Shown here piece after piece: positions 48,443-57,135 of a DNA stretch of 64,000 nt. A program made the translations under genes and the position numbers. The stretch is from Syntrophobacterales bacterium. GTDB lineage: Bacteria; Desulfobacterota; Syntrophia; Syntrophales; CAMTWB01. The notes beneath the pieces were generated by a model, which was not told the origin of the DNA, did no database searches, and was given only the letters and a program-made list of their open reading frames with translations. The stretch is taken from assembly GCA_037445955.1 (NCBI GenBank), contig JBBIJM010000004.1:5542-69541 (forward strand), given 5' to 3'. Each line of letters opens with the position of its first letter. The stretch's first letter is position 1.

Positions 48443-48532
48443 AATGTTGAGGATTGGTTATTGACAAGCCAAAAGGCGGATATATATTATCCGCAAAAGA
48501 TCTAATTTAAGCCAAGGAGTATAAATATAAAC

Positions 48533-50032
48533 ATGGAAGAGCAAAGCGCGACCAAAAAAGCAAAAAGCCGCAACACCTTTGTGACGTTTCTTTTGGCCTT
48601 CCTCATCGCCTTCTTTATCGTTTCCCTGACCGAGGTTATTCGTTCCACCTTCGCCCCGTCCCTGCCCGATGTCCAGACGGTATCCGCCGTCTCCAATGTA
48701 ACCCCGCAAAGCGTCGATATCCGGCCCCCCGGCGCCCCAACCTCTTTCGCCGATCTGGTGGACCGCCTGAAGCCGGCGGTGGTAAACATCAGCACCACCC
48801 GGGTAGTTAGATCCGATGGGACGAGGCGTCCCTCTTTAGACCGGTTCTTCTTCGGCGATGAGTTTTTCGAACGTTTCTTCGGCGACACCCCCCGCCATCA
48901 GCGGGAATACCGGCAGAGGAGCCTGGGTTCAGGTTTTATCATCAGCGCCGACGGGTACATCTTCACCAACTATCATGTGGTGGAAAAGGTTGAAAAGATA
49001 GTCGTAAAACTCTCCGACGCCAAGGAATACGACGCCAAACTGATCGGCCACGACGCTAAAACCGACATCGCCTTGATCAAGATCAAGGCCAACGGCGCCC
49101 TGCCTTTTGTGGAGCTGGGGGATTCCGATCGTCTCCGGGTGGGGGAATGGGTTTTGGCCATCGGCAATCCCTTCGGCCTGGAGCATACGGTAACCGCGGG
49201 GATCGTGAGCGCCAAGGGGAGGGTGATCGGCGCCGGTCCCTACGATAATTTCATCCAGACCGATGCCTCGATCAATCCGGGCAACAGCGGCGGCCCTCTG
49301 TTCGATATGAACGGCAACGTAATTGGGATCAATACCGCCATCGTAGCCCAGGGGCAGGGAATAGGTTTTGCCATCCCCATCAAGATGGCCAGGGATATGC
49401 TCCCGGATCTGAGAACGAAGGGGAAGGTAACCAGAGGCTGGATCGGGGTGGTGGTGGATGACCTAACCGAAGAGACCGCAAAGAAGCTGAACCTGAAGGA
49501 GCCCCGGGGGGCCCTGGTGGTCGATGTCTTCAAAGGAAATCCCGCGGAAAAGGCGGGCATCAAACCGGAAGATGTAATCATCGAGATCAACGGCCAGAAG
49601 ATCAGGGATCGTCAGGAGCTCCTGATAATCGTCGCGGCATTTCGGGTAGGCGAAAAGGTCGAGATGAAGGTCATCCGCGAGGGCAAGGAAAGAACCTTCC
49701 AGTTGATTGTCGCCGAAAGAAAGGATGCGCCGGAGGTGGCCGAGACAGGCAGTGCCGATTACGGGATGGTGGTCAAGGAAATCAGCCCGGAGATCGCCCA
49801 GCATTTCGGGATCTCGCCTAAGTCAGGGGTCATTGTCGCCGAGGTGGTTGAGGGTTCCCCGGCCAATAACGCCGGTATTGTGCCCCAGGATATTATCGTC
49901 CAGGTCGAGAGGGTCAGGATCCAGTCCCTCCAGGATTATTTGACCGAAATGGCCAAGAATGCCAACAAGAAAAGCGTAAGCCTCCATCTCCGACGGGGCA
50001 AGACCAGCTTTTTCGTGGTCTTGCGCCGCTGA
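48533..50032 (+). CDS. htrA: periplasmic serine endoprotease DegP/HtrA family with two PDZ domains
   Basis: The catalytic triad contexts are TNYHVV, TDIALIK and GNSGGPL. There is an N-terminal membrane or signal segment and two PDZ-like regions. Confidence 0.9.
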   Translation: MEEQSATKKAKSRNTFVTFLLAFLIAFFIVSLTEVIRSTFAPSLPDVQTVSAVSNVTPQSVDIRPPGAPTSFADLVDRLKPAVVNISTTRVVRSDGTRRPSLDRFFFGDEFFERFFGDTPRHQREYRQRSLGSGFIISADGYIFTNYHVVEKVEKIVVKLSDAKEYDAKLIGHDAKTDIALIKIKANGALPFVELGDSDRLRVGEWVLAIGNPFGLEHTVTAGIVSAKGRVIGAGPYDNFIQTDASINPGNSGGPLFDMNGNVIGINTAIVAQGQGIGFAIPIKMARDMLPDLRTKGKVTRGWIGVVVDDLTEETAKKLNLKEPRGALVVDVFKGNPAEKAGIKPEDVIIEINGQKIRDRQELLIIVAAFRVGEKVEMKVIREGKERTFQLIVAERKDAPEVAETGSADYGMVVKEISPEIAQHFGISPKSGVIVAEVVEGSPANNAGIVPQDIIVQVERVRIQSLQDYLTEMAKNANKKSVSLHLRRGKTSFFVVLRR

Positions 50033-50034
50033 GT

Positions 50035-50706
50035 ATGGAAGGTGGCGCTTCCGAATCGCAGCTCGAAGGGGCGCTGCTTGCCATCTATGCGTCCTTAAAC
50101 GGCCATTTCGGCGATCTCGCCTGGTGGCCCGCCGAGACGCCCCTGGAGGTGATTGTCGGGGCCATCCTGACCCAGAACACCGCCTGGACCAACGTGGAGA
50201 AGGCCATCGCCCGGCTCAAGGAGCGAGGTCTGATAACGCCGTTTGCCTTGATGGAGATTCCCGTCGATGAACTGGCCCGGATCATCCGGCCGGCGGGATA
50301 TTACCGGCTTAAGGCGCGGAGGATCAAATCGTTCCTCGACTTTCTGGCGGGCTACCAGGGCCGGCTCGAGGCAATGTTTAGCGAAGACACTCGGCATCTC
50401 AGGCTGAAGCTGCTTCAGGTAAACGGCATCGGCGAGGAAACCGCCGATTCTATCCTCCTTTATGCCGGCGGCAAGACGATTTTCGTAGTCGATGCCTATA
50501 CCAGGCGGATCGGCGCCAGACACGGTCTCCTCCCGCCTGAGGCGTCCTACGGAACGATCCAGAGACTCTTTATGGAAAATCTCCCGGAAGACCTCTACCT
50601 CTACCGCCAATTCCACGCCTTATTGGTCAATACGGGGAAATATTTCTGCCGGAAAACCCCCCTTTGCCAGGCCTGCCCCCTGGCCGCATTGAGGTGTTTC
50701 ACGTGA
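50035..50706 (+). CDS. endonuclease III-related HhH-GPD domain protein
   Basis: A helix-hairpin-helix (LLQVNGIGEETAD), a catalytic Asp region (VVDAYTRR) and a C-terminal Cys cluster (CRKTPLCQACPL). Confidence 0.75.
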   Translation: MEGGASESQLEGALLAIYASLNGHFGDLAWWPAETPLEVIVGAILTQNTAWTNVEKAIARLKERGLITPFALMEIPVDELARIIRPAGYYRLKARRIKSFLDFLAGYQGRLEAMFSEDTRHLRLKLLQVNGIGEETADSILLYAGGKTIFVVDAYTRRIGARHGLLPPEASYGTIQRLFMENLPEDLYLYRQFHALLVNTGKYFCRKTPLCQACPLAALRCFT

Positions 50707-50710
50707 AACA
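50695..50710. other. parS centromere-like site (perfect consensus)
   Basis: TGTTTCACGTGAAACA is an exact 16/16 palindromic match to the ParB-binding consensus. It overlaps the stop codon at 50704-50706. Confidence 0.85.
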
Positions 50711-50739
50711 TCCGGTAAAAGCGGCGCATACTAAGTGAT

Positions 50740-51435
50740 ATGTTTAAGAAATTATCCGAGCTTTTGATAAAATACGGCTTGATTCCCTTTGTTTATTATT
50801 TGATCCGTCTCTACTTTCTCACCCTCCGCATCAAGATCGTGGGGGAAGAGGGACTCTTGAGGGATCTCGAAGGCGGCGGCAGGGCAATTGCCGCGATCTG
50901 GCATCAACGTCTCTTCCTGATCGCCCGCTACGCCCCCCGGCTTAAGGATTATCGGGCGGCGGCGATCATCAGCCAGAGCCGGGACGGAGAATTGATCGCC
51001 CAGTTCCTTAAGCTCCTGAATATCCGCCCGATTCGCGGTTCAAGTTCCAGGGGCGGGATCACGGCCCTCAAGGCCATTTTAAAAGATCTCAACCGCCATC
51101 CCCTGGCTGGCCATGCCATCGACGGCCCCCGCGGTCCCAGATGGATCATCAAGCCCGGGCTCATTTTCATGGCCAAGCTTTCTCAAGGGGCGATCTATCC
51201 CCTGTACGCCTCGGTTGACCGGGCCTGGGAGCTCAATAGCTGGGACCGGTTCCTCATCCCGAAACCCTTTAGCAGATTGCTCATTTACTGGGACGAGCCT
51301 CTTTATGTCCCCAGAGAAATCAGTCAGGAGGAACTGGATAAAATCCGCCTCCAGACGGAAGGCTTGATGCGGAAGAGACAGGAAGACCTGGATGAAAAAT
51401 GGCGAACCTGCCAAGGAGGAGAGATTGCCCCATGA
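50740..51435 (+). CDS. DUF374 / lysophospholipid-acyltransferase-like protein
   Basis: 231 aa with the SQSRDGELIA and RGSSSRGG segments recalled from the DUF374 (COG2121) family. Confidence 0.55.
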   Translation: MFKKLSELLIKYGLIPFVYYLIRLYFLTLRIKIVGEEGLLRDLEGGGRAIAAIWHQRLFLIARYAPRLKDYRAAAIISQSRDGELIAQFLKLLNIRPIRGSSSRGGITALKAILKDLNRHPLAGHAIDGPRGPRWIIKPGLIFMAKLSQGAIYPLYASVDRAWELNSWDRFLIPKPFSRLLIYWDEPLYVPREISQEELDKIRLQTEGLMRKRQEDLDEKWRTCQGGEIAP

Positions 51436-52892
51436 TGAAAGCAGGCGAATATCTGGAAAGCTTGAGGCGTTTAAAACCCCGCCGGATTTATTGGGGAGGG
51501 GAGCTCATAACCGAGCCCGTAGGCCACCCGCTAATCCGCCCGTCTCTCAATTCCGTCGCCCTTACCTACCGGCTGGCGGAAGAGGAGGAATACCGGGATC
51601 TCCTGACCGCCGAATCTTCTCTTAGCGGCAAAAGGATAAACCGGTTTACCTCTCTTCATCAGGGAACCCCTGATTTGCTCAAAAAGGTGCAGATGCAACG
51701 TCTGCTGGGCAACCTGACCGGCTCCTGCTTCCAGCGCTGCGTCGGGTGGGATGCCTTAAACGCCCTTTATTCTACCACCTGCGAAGTCGATGAAAGGCAT
51801 AAGACCGACTACCACGGGCGGTTTATCAATTATCTGCACGCTTGGGAAGAGAAGGATTGGACCGTCGCGGGAAGCATGACCGACCCCAAGGGAAACCGCT
51901 CCCTTCCACCTTCCGCTCAGGCGGATCGGGATATCTATCTCAGAGTCGTCGAAAGGGGATCCGCCGGCATCGTCGTCCGCGGGGCAAAGCTGCATCAGAC
52001 CGGGGTGATCAACTCCCACGAAATTCTGGTGATGCCCACCCTGGCCCTTCGTCCCGACGACCGGGACTATGCGGTTTCCTTCGCCGTCCCCAGCGATACC
52101 GAAGGGCTGATCTATGTTTACGGACGGCAATCGTGCGACACCAGGAAGCTCGAGACGACCAAGACCGATCTGGGCATTATCAACTACGGCGGCCAGGAGG
52201 CTTTCGTTATCTTCGACAACGTCTTTGTCCCCTGGGAAAGGGTGTTCCTCCTGGGGGAGACGGATTTTGCCGGAATGCTCGTGGAGCGTTTCTCCGGATA
52301 TCACCGCCAGTCTTACGGAGGCTGCAAGTCCGGGATGGGGGATGTCTTGATCGGCGCCGCCTCCGCCCTTGCCCGCCGAACAGGTGTTCACAACGCCTCC
52401 CATATCCGGGACAAACTGGTAGAGATGACCCACTTAAACGAGACCCTCTTTGCCTGCGGCATCGCCTGTTCCGCCCTGGGCAGGGCCACGGCTGCCGGGA
52501 ACTACCTGATCGATCTGCTTTTAGCGAATGTCTGCAAGCTCAACGTGACCCGCTTCCCTTATGAAATCGCCCGGCTGGCCCAGGATATCGCCGGCGGGCT
52601 GCTGGCGACCCTGCCTGCCGATGGGGATTTCAATTCGCCCGAAATTGGCGGTCTGTGCGCGAAATACATCGCCGGCGACGCCGCCTATCCGAGCGGCGAG
52701 CGGCAAAGGTTGCTTCGGCTTATCGAGGCGATGACCATGGGAACGGCGGCGGCGGGGTATCTGACCGAATCTCTCCATGGGGCCGGCTCCCCCCAGGCCC
52801 AGAAGGTCATGATCCAGCGACTGGCCGGCCTTGCCGGCAAAGAGGCCCTCTCCCGCCGTCTCTGCGGTCTTGACCCCGATGATTACCTCTAG
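51432..52892 (+). CDS. 4-hydroxybutyryl-CoA dehydratase / vinylacetyl-CoA isomerase-like (HpaB/AbfD family)
   Basis: The N-terminus (AGEYLESLRRLKPRRIY) and the Cys pair CFQRC resemble AbfD. It shares an ATGA overlap with the upstream gene. Confidence 0.65.
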   Translation: MMKAGEYLESLRRLKPRRIYWGGELITEPVGHPLIRPSLNSVALTYRLAEEEEYRDLLTAESSLSGKRINRFTSLHQGTPDLLKKVQMQRLLGNLTGSCFQRCVGWDALNALYSTTCEVDERHKTDYHGRFINYLHAWEEKDWTVAGSMTDPKGNRSLPPSAQADRDIYLRVVERGSAGIVVRGAKLHQTGVINSHEILVMPTLALRPDDRDYAVSFAVPSDTEGLIYVYGRQSCDTRKLETTKTDLGIINYGGQEAFVIFDNVFVPWERVFLLGETDFAGMLVERFSGYHRQSYGGCKSGMGDVLIGAASALARRTGVHNASHIRDKLVEMTHLNETLFACGIACSALGRATAAGNYLIDLLLANVCKLNVTRFPYEIARLAQDIAGGLLATLPADGDFNSPEIGGLCAKYIAGDAAYPSGERQRLLRLIEAMTMGTAAAGYLTESLHGAGSPQAQKVMIQRLAGLAGKEALSRRLCGLDPDDYL

Positions 52893-52895
52893 CCG

Positions 52896-53663
52896 CTAGG
52901 CCAGCATTCCACCGTCGACGACGAGGCAGGCGCCGGTGGTGTAGGAGGCCGCAGGCGATACCAGGAAAAGAACCGCCCCGGCCATTTCGCTGGGCTGGGC
53001 CGCCCGGCCCATCGGGATCATCGGCTTGATAAGAGCGAATATCTCCGGATTCCGGGTCAGGGCGGCGGCGAATTTCGTATCGGTGAGTCCAGGCAGCAGG
53101 GCATTCACCCGGATGCCGTAAGGGGCCAGTTCTTTGGCGAAGACCCTGGTCATCGAGACTACCCCGGCCTTGGTTATCGAGTAAACCCCCTGCCAGGGCG
53201 CCGGCCGGATCCCGTTTACCGAGGCTACATTCACGATCGCCCCGCCCCCCTGCCCCTTCATCAGGAGGGCCGCCTTCTGGCTAAGGAAGAAATAACCCTT
53301 CATATTCACCTCGACAGTCTTGTTCCAGATCTGTTCATCGACCGTCAAGACCTCGCCGAAATGGGGATTGGTGCCGGCATTGTTGATCAGGATATCAAGG
53401 CGCCCCTCGGTTTCCATAACCATCTTCATCAAGCCGTCGAGCTGATCCATATTTCCGGTATTACAGGCAAACGAAGAGGCCGCGCCCCCTTCTCCTACAA
53501 TCTCCTCCTCGACGGACTTCAAGGTCTCCACCTTACGGCCAACCAGGATTATTTTCGCCCCCTGCCCTGCCAAAAGCAGGGCAATCTCGCGGCCTATTCC
53601 CCGACTGGCCCCGGTGACGAGGGCGCACTTACCCGAAAGATCAAACAGGTCTCTTGCCATCAT
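52896..53663 (-). CDS. short-chain dehydrogenase/reductase
   Basis: A TGASRGIG cofactor motif, NNAG, and the catalytic YSITK (YxxxK). Confidence 0.85.
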   Translation of the reverse strand: MMARDLFDLSGKCALVTGASRGIGREIALLLAGQGAKIILVGRKVETLKSVEEEIVGEGGAASSFACNTGNMDQLDGLMKMVMETEGRLDILINNAGTNPHFGEVLTVDEQIWNKTVEVNMKGYFFLSQKAALLMKGQGGGAIVNVASVNGIRPAPWQGVYSITKAGVVSMTRVFAKELAPYGIRVNALLPGLTDTKFAAALTRNPEIFALIKPMIPMGRAAQPSEMAGAVLFLVSPAASYTTGACLVVDGGMLA

Positions 53664-53688
53664 TTTCTCCTTGAGTGATTATTTTGAA

Positions 53689-54579
53689 TTACCTGTAATC
53701 AGGATACTGCGCCTCTTCCAGGGCGGCGATCCGGTCTGCCAGGTCCGGATGGGTGGCAAAGAGGGCGGCTATTCCCCTCCTTTTTGCCCCGGAGATGCCG
53801 AAGGCGGCTATCTTGTCCGGGAGGCCCTCCGCCGCCGCCGATCTCAGGGCCTTGAGCGCCCCGATCATCGGTCTTTTCCCCACCAGTTGCGCGGCCCCGG
53901 CATCGGCCCGGTACTCCCTTCTCCGGGAGAAATAAAAGACGATTATCGACGCCAGGACGGCGAGGATCAGCTCGGCTACAATCGTTGTGATCCAGAAGGC
54001 CGGCCCATGACCCCGCTCATTGCGGAACACCACCCGGTCCACAATATGGCCCACCACCCGGGAAAGGAACAGAACGAAGGTATTCACCACCCCCTGGATC
54101 AGGGCCAGGGTCACCATGTCCCCGTTTGCCACATGGGATATTTCGTGGGCCAGAACCGCCTTCACCTTCTCCCGGTCCATCCGGCGCAACATCCCGGCGG
54201 ATACCGCAACCAGGGCCTTGTTCCTTCTCATCCCGGTGGCAAAGGCGTTGAGATCGTCCGCAGGATAGATGGCCACCTCCGGGATGGAGATACTCGCCTG
54301 GGCGGCAAGCCCCCCCACGGTTCTTATCAACCAGATCTCTCCTTCCGTCGCAGGCGAGGTGATCACCCTGGCGCCGGTCATTCTCTTGGCGGTCCACTTG
54401 GACAGGGACAGACTGATAAATGCCCCGCCCATACCGAACACGAAGGCAAAGACAAGCAGCGCCTGATAATTCAGGCCCTGCGCCGCAAGATAGGGCTCGA
54501 CCCCTAGAATATTTAACGTCAGACTCAGTACCAGCAGGATTGCCAGATTGGTGATGAGGAAATAAAATACCCGCTTCAT
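53689..54579 (-). CDS. htpX: zinc metalloprotease HtpX
   Basis: N-terminal TM helices, the HEISHVANGD (HExxH) motif and the C-terminal THPDLADRI typical of HtpX. Confidence 0.9.
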   Translation of the reverse strand: MKRVFYFLITNLAILLVLSLTLNILGVEPYLAAQGLNYQALLVFAFVFGMGGAFISLSLSKWTAKRMTGARVITSPATEGEIWLIRTVGGLAAQASISIPEVAIYPADDLNAFATGMRRNKALVAVSAGMLRRMDREKVKAVLAHEISHVANGDMVTLALIQGVVNTFVLFLSRVVGHIVDRVVFRNERGHGPAFWITTIVAELILAVLASIIVFYFSRRREYRADAGAAQLVGKRPMIGALKALRSAAAEGLPDKIAAFGISGAKRRGIAALFATHPDLADRIAALEEAQYPDYR

Positions 54580-54723
54580 CCTATCCTCCTTTCCCCTACC
54601 GATCGAAACGACATTACTTCAATCTGAGAGGCTTGAAGTATTGACATTATTCAAAGCCTTCCATCTCCAAAAGATGGCCCTCTTTACCATAATAATCTCG
54701 AAGGTGTAAAGCCTATCTTAGAT

Positions 54724-54752
54724 TTGACAATGAGACCCGGGGATAGTATATT
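54724..54752 (+). promoter_or_regulatory. sigma-70-type promoter for the thioredoxin gene
   Basis: TTGACA (54724-54729), a 17-nt spacer, then TATATT (54747-54752), 21 nt before the ATG at 54773. Confidence 0.5.
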
Positions 54753-54772
54753 CCTCCCTGGGGATCGGGAAT

Positions 54773-55330
54773 ATGGAACATATAGTAATCAGATGCCTTT
54801 CGTGCGGAACAAAAAACCGCATCCCCCAGGGTCGTCTCCAGCAGCGGCCTCTGTGCGGCAAATGCCAGAAACCGCTTGACGATATCATTATCCACTGTCT
54901 TGCCTGCGGCAAGAAAAATCGCATCCCGGAGGTGAAGATAGAGCGCAAGGCCCTCTGCGGACATTGCGGTTTCCTCTTGGTCGCCCAGGCTCACCAAGAG
55001 CAGATCACTGTACTGTCCGACGATTCCTTCTATCGGGAGGTGGTGGCCGCCGCCGGGGAAACAATCATTGTCGAGTGTTTTGCCCCCTGGTGTGCCCCCT
55101 GTCGGACCCTGGAGCCTATTTTGGAGGAATTGGCCGCCCAGTATTCAGGAGGGGCAAAATTCGCCAAGCTGAACATAGACGAAAACCCCCTTACTGCGTC
55201 AAAATACTCGATCCGCTCTGTACCGGCCATCCTCTTCTTCAAGAATGGAGACCTCATCGACAGGATGGTAGGCCTGCGCCCCAAGAAAGATATAGAACAA
55301 CTTCTCCTGACAATTTTGAGACGAAACTGA
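54773..55330 (+). CDS. thioredoxin with two N-terminal zinc-ribbon modules (Trx2-like)
   Basis: Two repeats of C-x2-C ... C-x2-C (CLSCG...CGKC; CLACG...CGHC), then a thioredoxin fold with the WCAPC active site. Confidence 0.85.
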   Translation: MEHIVIRCLSCGTKNRIPQGRLQQRPLCGKCQKPLDDIIIHCLACGKKNRIPEVKIERKALCGHCGFLLVAQAHQEQITVLSDDSFYREVVAAAGETIIVECFAPWCAPCRTLEPILEELAAQYSGGAKFAKLNIDENPLTASKYSIRSVPAILFFKNGDLIDRMVGLRPKKDIEQLLLTILRRN

Positions 55331-55447
55331 GCCCCCCAGACCTCTTATCCGTCTGGCCCTCATCCTTCCCCGGCAAAAATTAACCTCTTGGAAATAAATC
55401 CAGTTTTGTGATAGAAGGAAGTCGGTTTTTCCGCGTTTAGAGCAGGG

Positions 55448-56236
55448 ATGGCAATTTGTGTAATTATGCGTAAAATCATAAGTATAGCTAACCAAAAAGG
55501 GGGGGTTGGCAAGACCACCACCGCCATTAACCTGGCCGCCTCCCTTTCCCTGGCGGAGAAGAAAACCCTGCTGATAGATGCGGATCCTCAGGCCAATGCC
55601 TCAAGCGGCCTGGGGATAGACCAGGCCCTGGGCGAAAAAAAAAATCTCTATCGGGTCCTTTCCGGTGAATTATCCCTCGAAGAGGCGATTACAACTACGA
55701 AACTGCCTCTCCTTAAGATCATTCCCGCCAATCGTGATCTGATCGGGGTCGAGGTCGAATTTATCAACCGGACAGACCGGGAGAAGATCTTACGTAATCT
55801 TTTGAGATCTTACGGCGATCAATATGATTTCATTATCATCGACTGTCCCCCCTCCCTCGGTTTTCTTACGGTCAACGCCCTGGTTGCCTCAGACAGCATC
55901 ATCGTTCCGGTACAATGCGAATATTTCGCCATGGAGGGGTTGGGCAATCTGATCAACACCATCAGGCTCGTGAGAAGTTCCTTCAGTCCCACCTTGTCCC
56001 TGGGAGGCATCCTTCTCACCATGTTCGACCCTCGCAACCTTCTGTCTCACCGGGTGAGCGAGGACGTAAGGAATCACTTCGGCGGCGCGGTATTCAAGAC
56101 CGTAATCCCCCGTAACGTCCGGCTTTCGGAAAGCGTGAGCCACGGTTTGCCGGTTATCCTTTACGATATAAAATCCAGAGGGGCCGCCTCCTACCTGGAG
56201 CTGGCCCATGAAATCATCCAAGCGGGAAGGAATTAA
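55448..56236 (+). CDS. parA: chromosome partitioning ATPase ParA/Soj
   Basis: The deviant Walker A is NQKGGVGKTTT and the sequence is typical of Soj. An alternative ATG lies at 55466. Confidence 0.92.
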   Translation: MAICVIMRKIISIANQKGGVGKTTTAINLAASLSLAEKKTLLIDADPQANASSGLGIDQALGEKKNLYRVLSGELSLEEAITTTKLPLLKIIPANRDLIGVEVEFINRTDREKILRNLLRSYGDQYDFIIIDCPPSLGFLTVNALVASDSIIVPVQCEYFAMEGLGNLINTIRLVRSSFSPTLSLGGILLTMFDPRNLLSHRVSEDVRNHFGGAVFKTVIPRNVRLSESVSHGLPVILYDIKSRGAASYLELAHEIIQAGRN

Positions 56237-57076
56237 ATGTCACCTAAAAGCTCTCTCGGCCGGGGATTGGGGGCGATTCTGCCTGATATCCTCAAGGATA
56301 TCGAAACAAACGTACCGTACTCCCTCATCGGTATCGAGGAGTTGACCCCCAACCGATTTCAATCACGAGAGGTATTTCACGAGGATCAGCACCGGGAACT
56401 TGTCGAATCCATTAAAAATAACGGGATTCTACAGCCTATTGTCGCCAGGAAAACAGCCCGGGGCTACGAAATCATAGCCGGGGAGAGGCGGTGGCGGGCC
56501 GCTCAGGCGGCCGGGCTGAAAACCGTTCCCGTCATCATCAGAGACGCCGATGATGTTGAAACGGCCAAGCTTTCTCTCATCGAAAATCTGCTTAGAGAGT
56601 CATTGAATCCCCTGGAAGAGGCCAAGGCCTACCGAACCTTAATTGAGGCCTTCGGTCTTACCCAGGATGAGGTATCCCGTCAGGTAGGGAAGGATAGATC
56701 GACCATAGCCAATACCTTAAGACTTCTAAAACTGGCTGATCATTCCAAAAAGGCCTTAAGCGAGGGAAAGATCACCCCCGGTCACGCCCGGGCAATCCTG
56801 GCCCTTGATTCCGGGCAATCCCAGCGGGAGGTACTGGAAAAGATCCTCAAAAATGAACTCAATGTCCGGGATACGGAACTGCTGATTGCCAGGAAGAAAA
56901 AACCTAAAGGGAAACCGGATCACGATCCTTACCTTAGAGATTTGGAAGGGGAACTCTCCAAGATATTTATGACTTCCGTCCGGATCAGCCAGGGCAATAA
57001 ATCGGGGCGGATTGAATTTAAATATTCAAACGGCGCTGAACTCGAAAGGATAATCTCTCTTTTTTTAAAGGGATAA
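56237..57076 (+). CDS. parB: chromosome partitioning protein ParB/Spo0J
   Basis: The ParB box is IIAGERRWRAA and the HTH region is QDEVSRQVGKDRSTIANTLRLL. It directly follows parA. Confidence 0.92.
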   Translation: MSPKSSLGRGLGAILPDILKDIETNVPYSLIGIEELTPNRFQSREVFHEDQHRELVESIKNNGILQPIVARKTARGYEIIAGERRWRAAQAAGLKTVPVIIRDADDVETAKLSLIENLLRESLNPLEEAKAYRTLIEAFGLTQDEVSRQVGKDRSTIANTLRLLKLADHSKKALSEGKITPGHARAILALDSGQSQREVLEKILKNELNVRDTELLIARKKKPKGKPDHDPYLRDLEGELSKIFMTSVRISQGNKSGRIEFKYSNGAELERIISLFLKG

Positions 57077-57135
57077 AATGATTCATCTCACCGTTTTCAA
57101 CACTTATTGATAAACTGTTTACAGGATGATTATAA

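Noticed and set aside
54630-54658. Imperfect palindrome GGCTTGAA-N12-TTCAAAGCC in the htpX-trx divergent region as a heat-shock operator
   Set aside because: The arms are unequal (8 vs 9 nt), it matches neither CIRCE nor any operator I know, and I could not place convincing promoter elements around it.
54713-54997. 94-aa ORF antisense to the thioredoxin 5' region
   Set aside because: It overlaps the promoter and the zinc-ribbon coding region of a clear gene and has no motifs.
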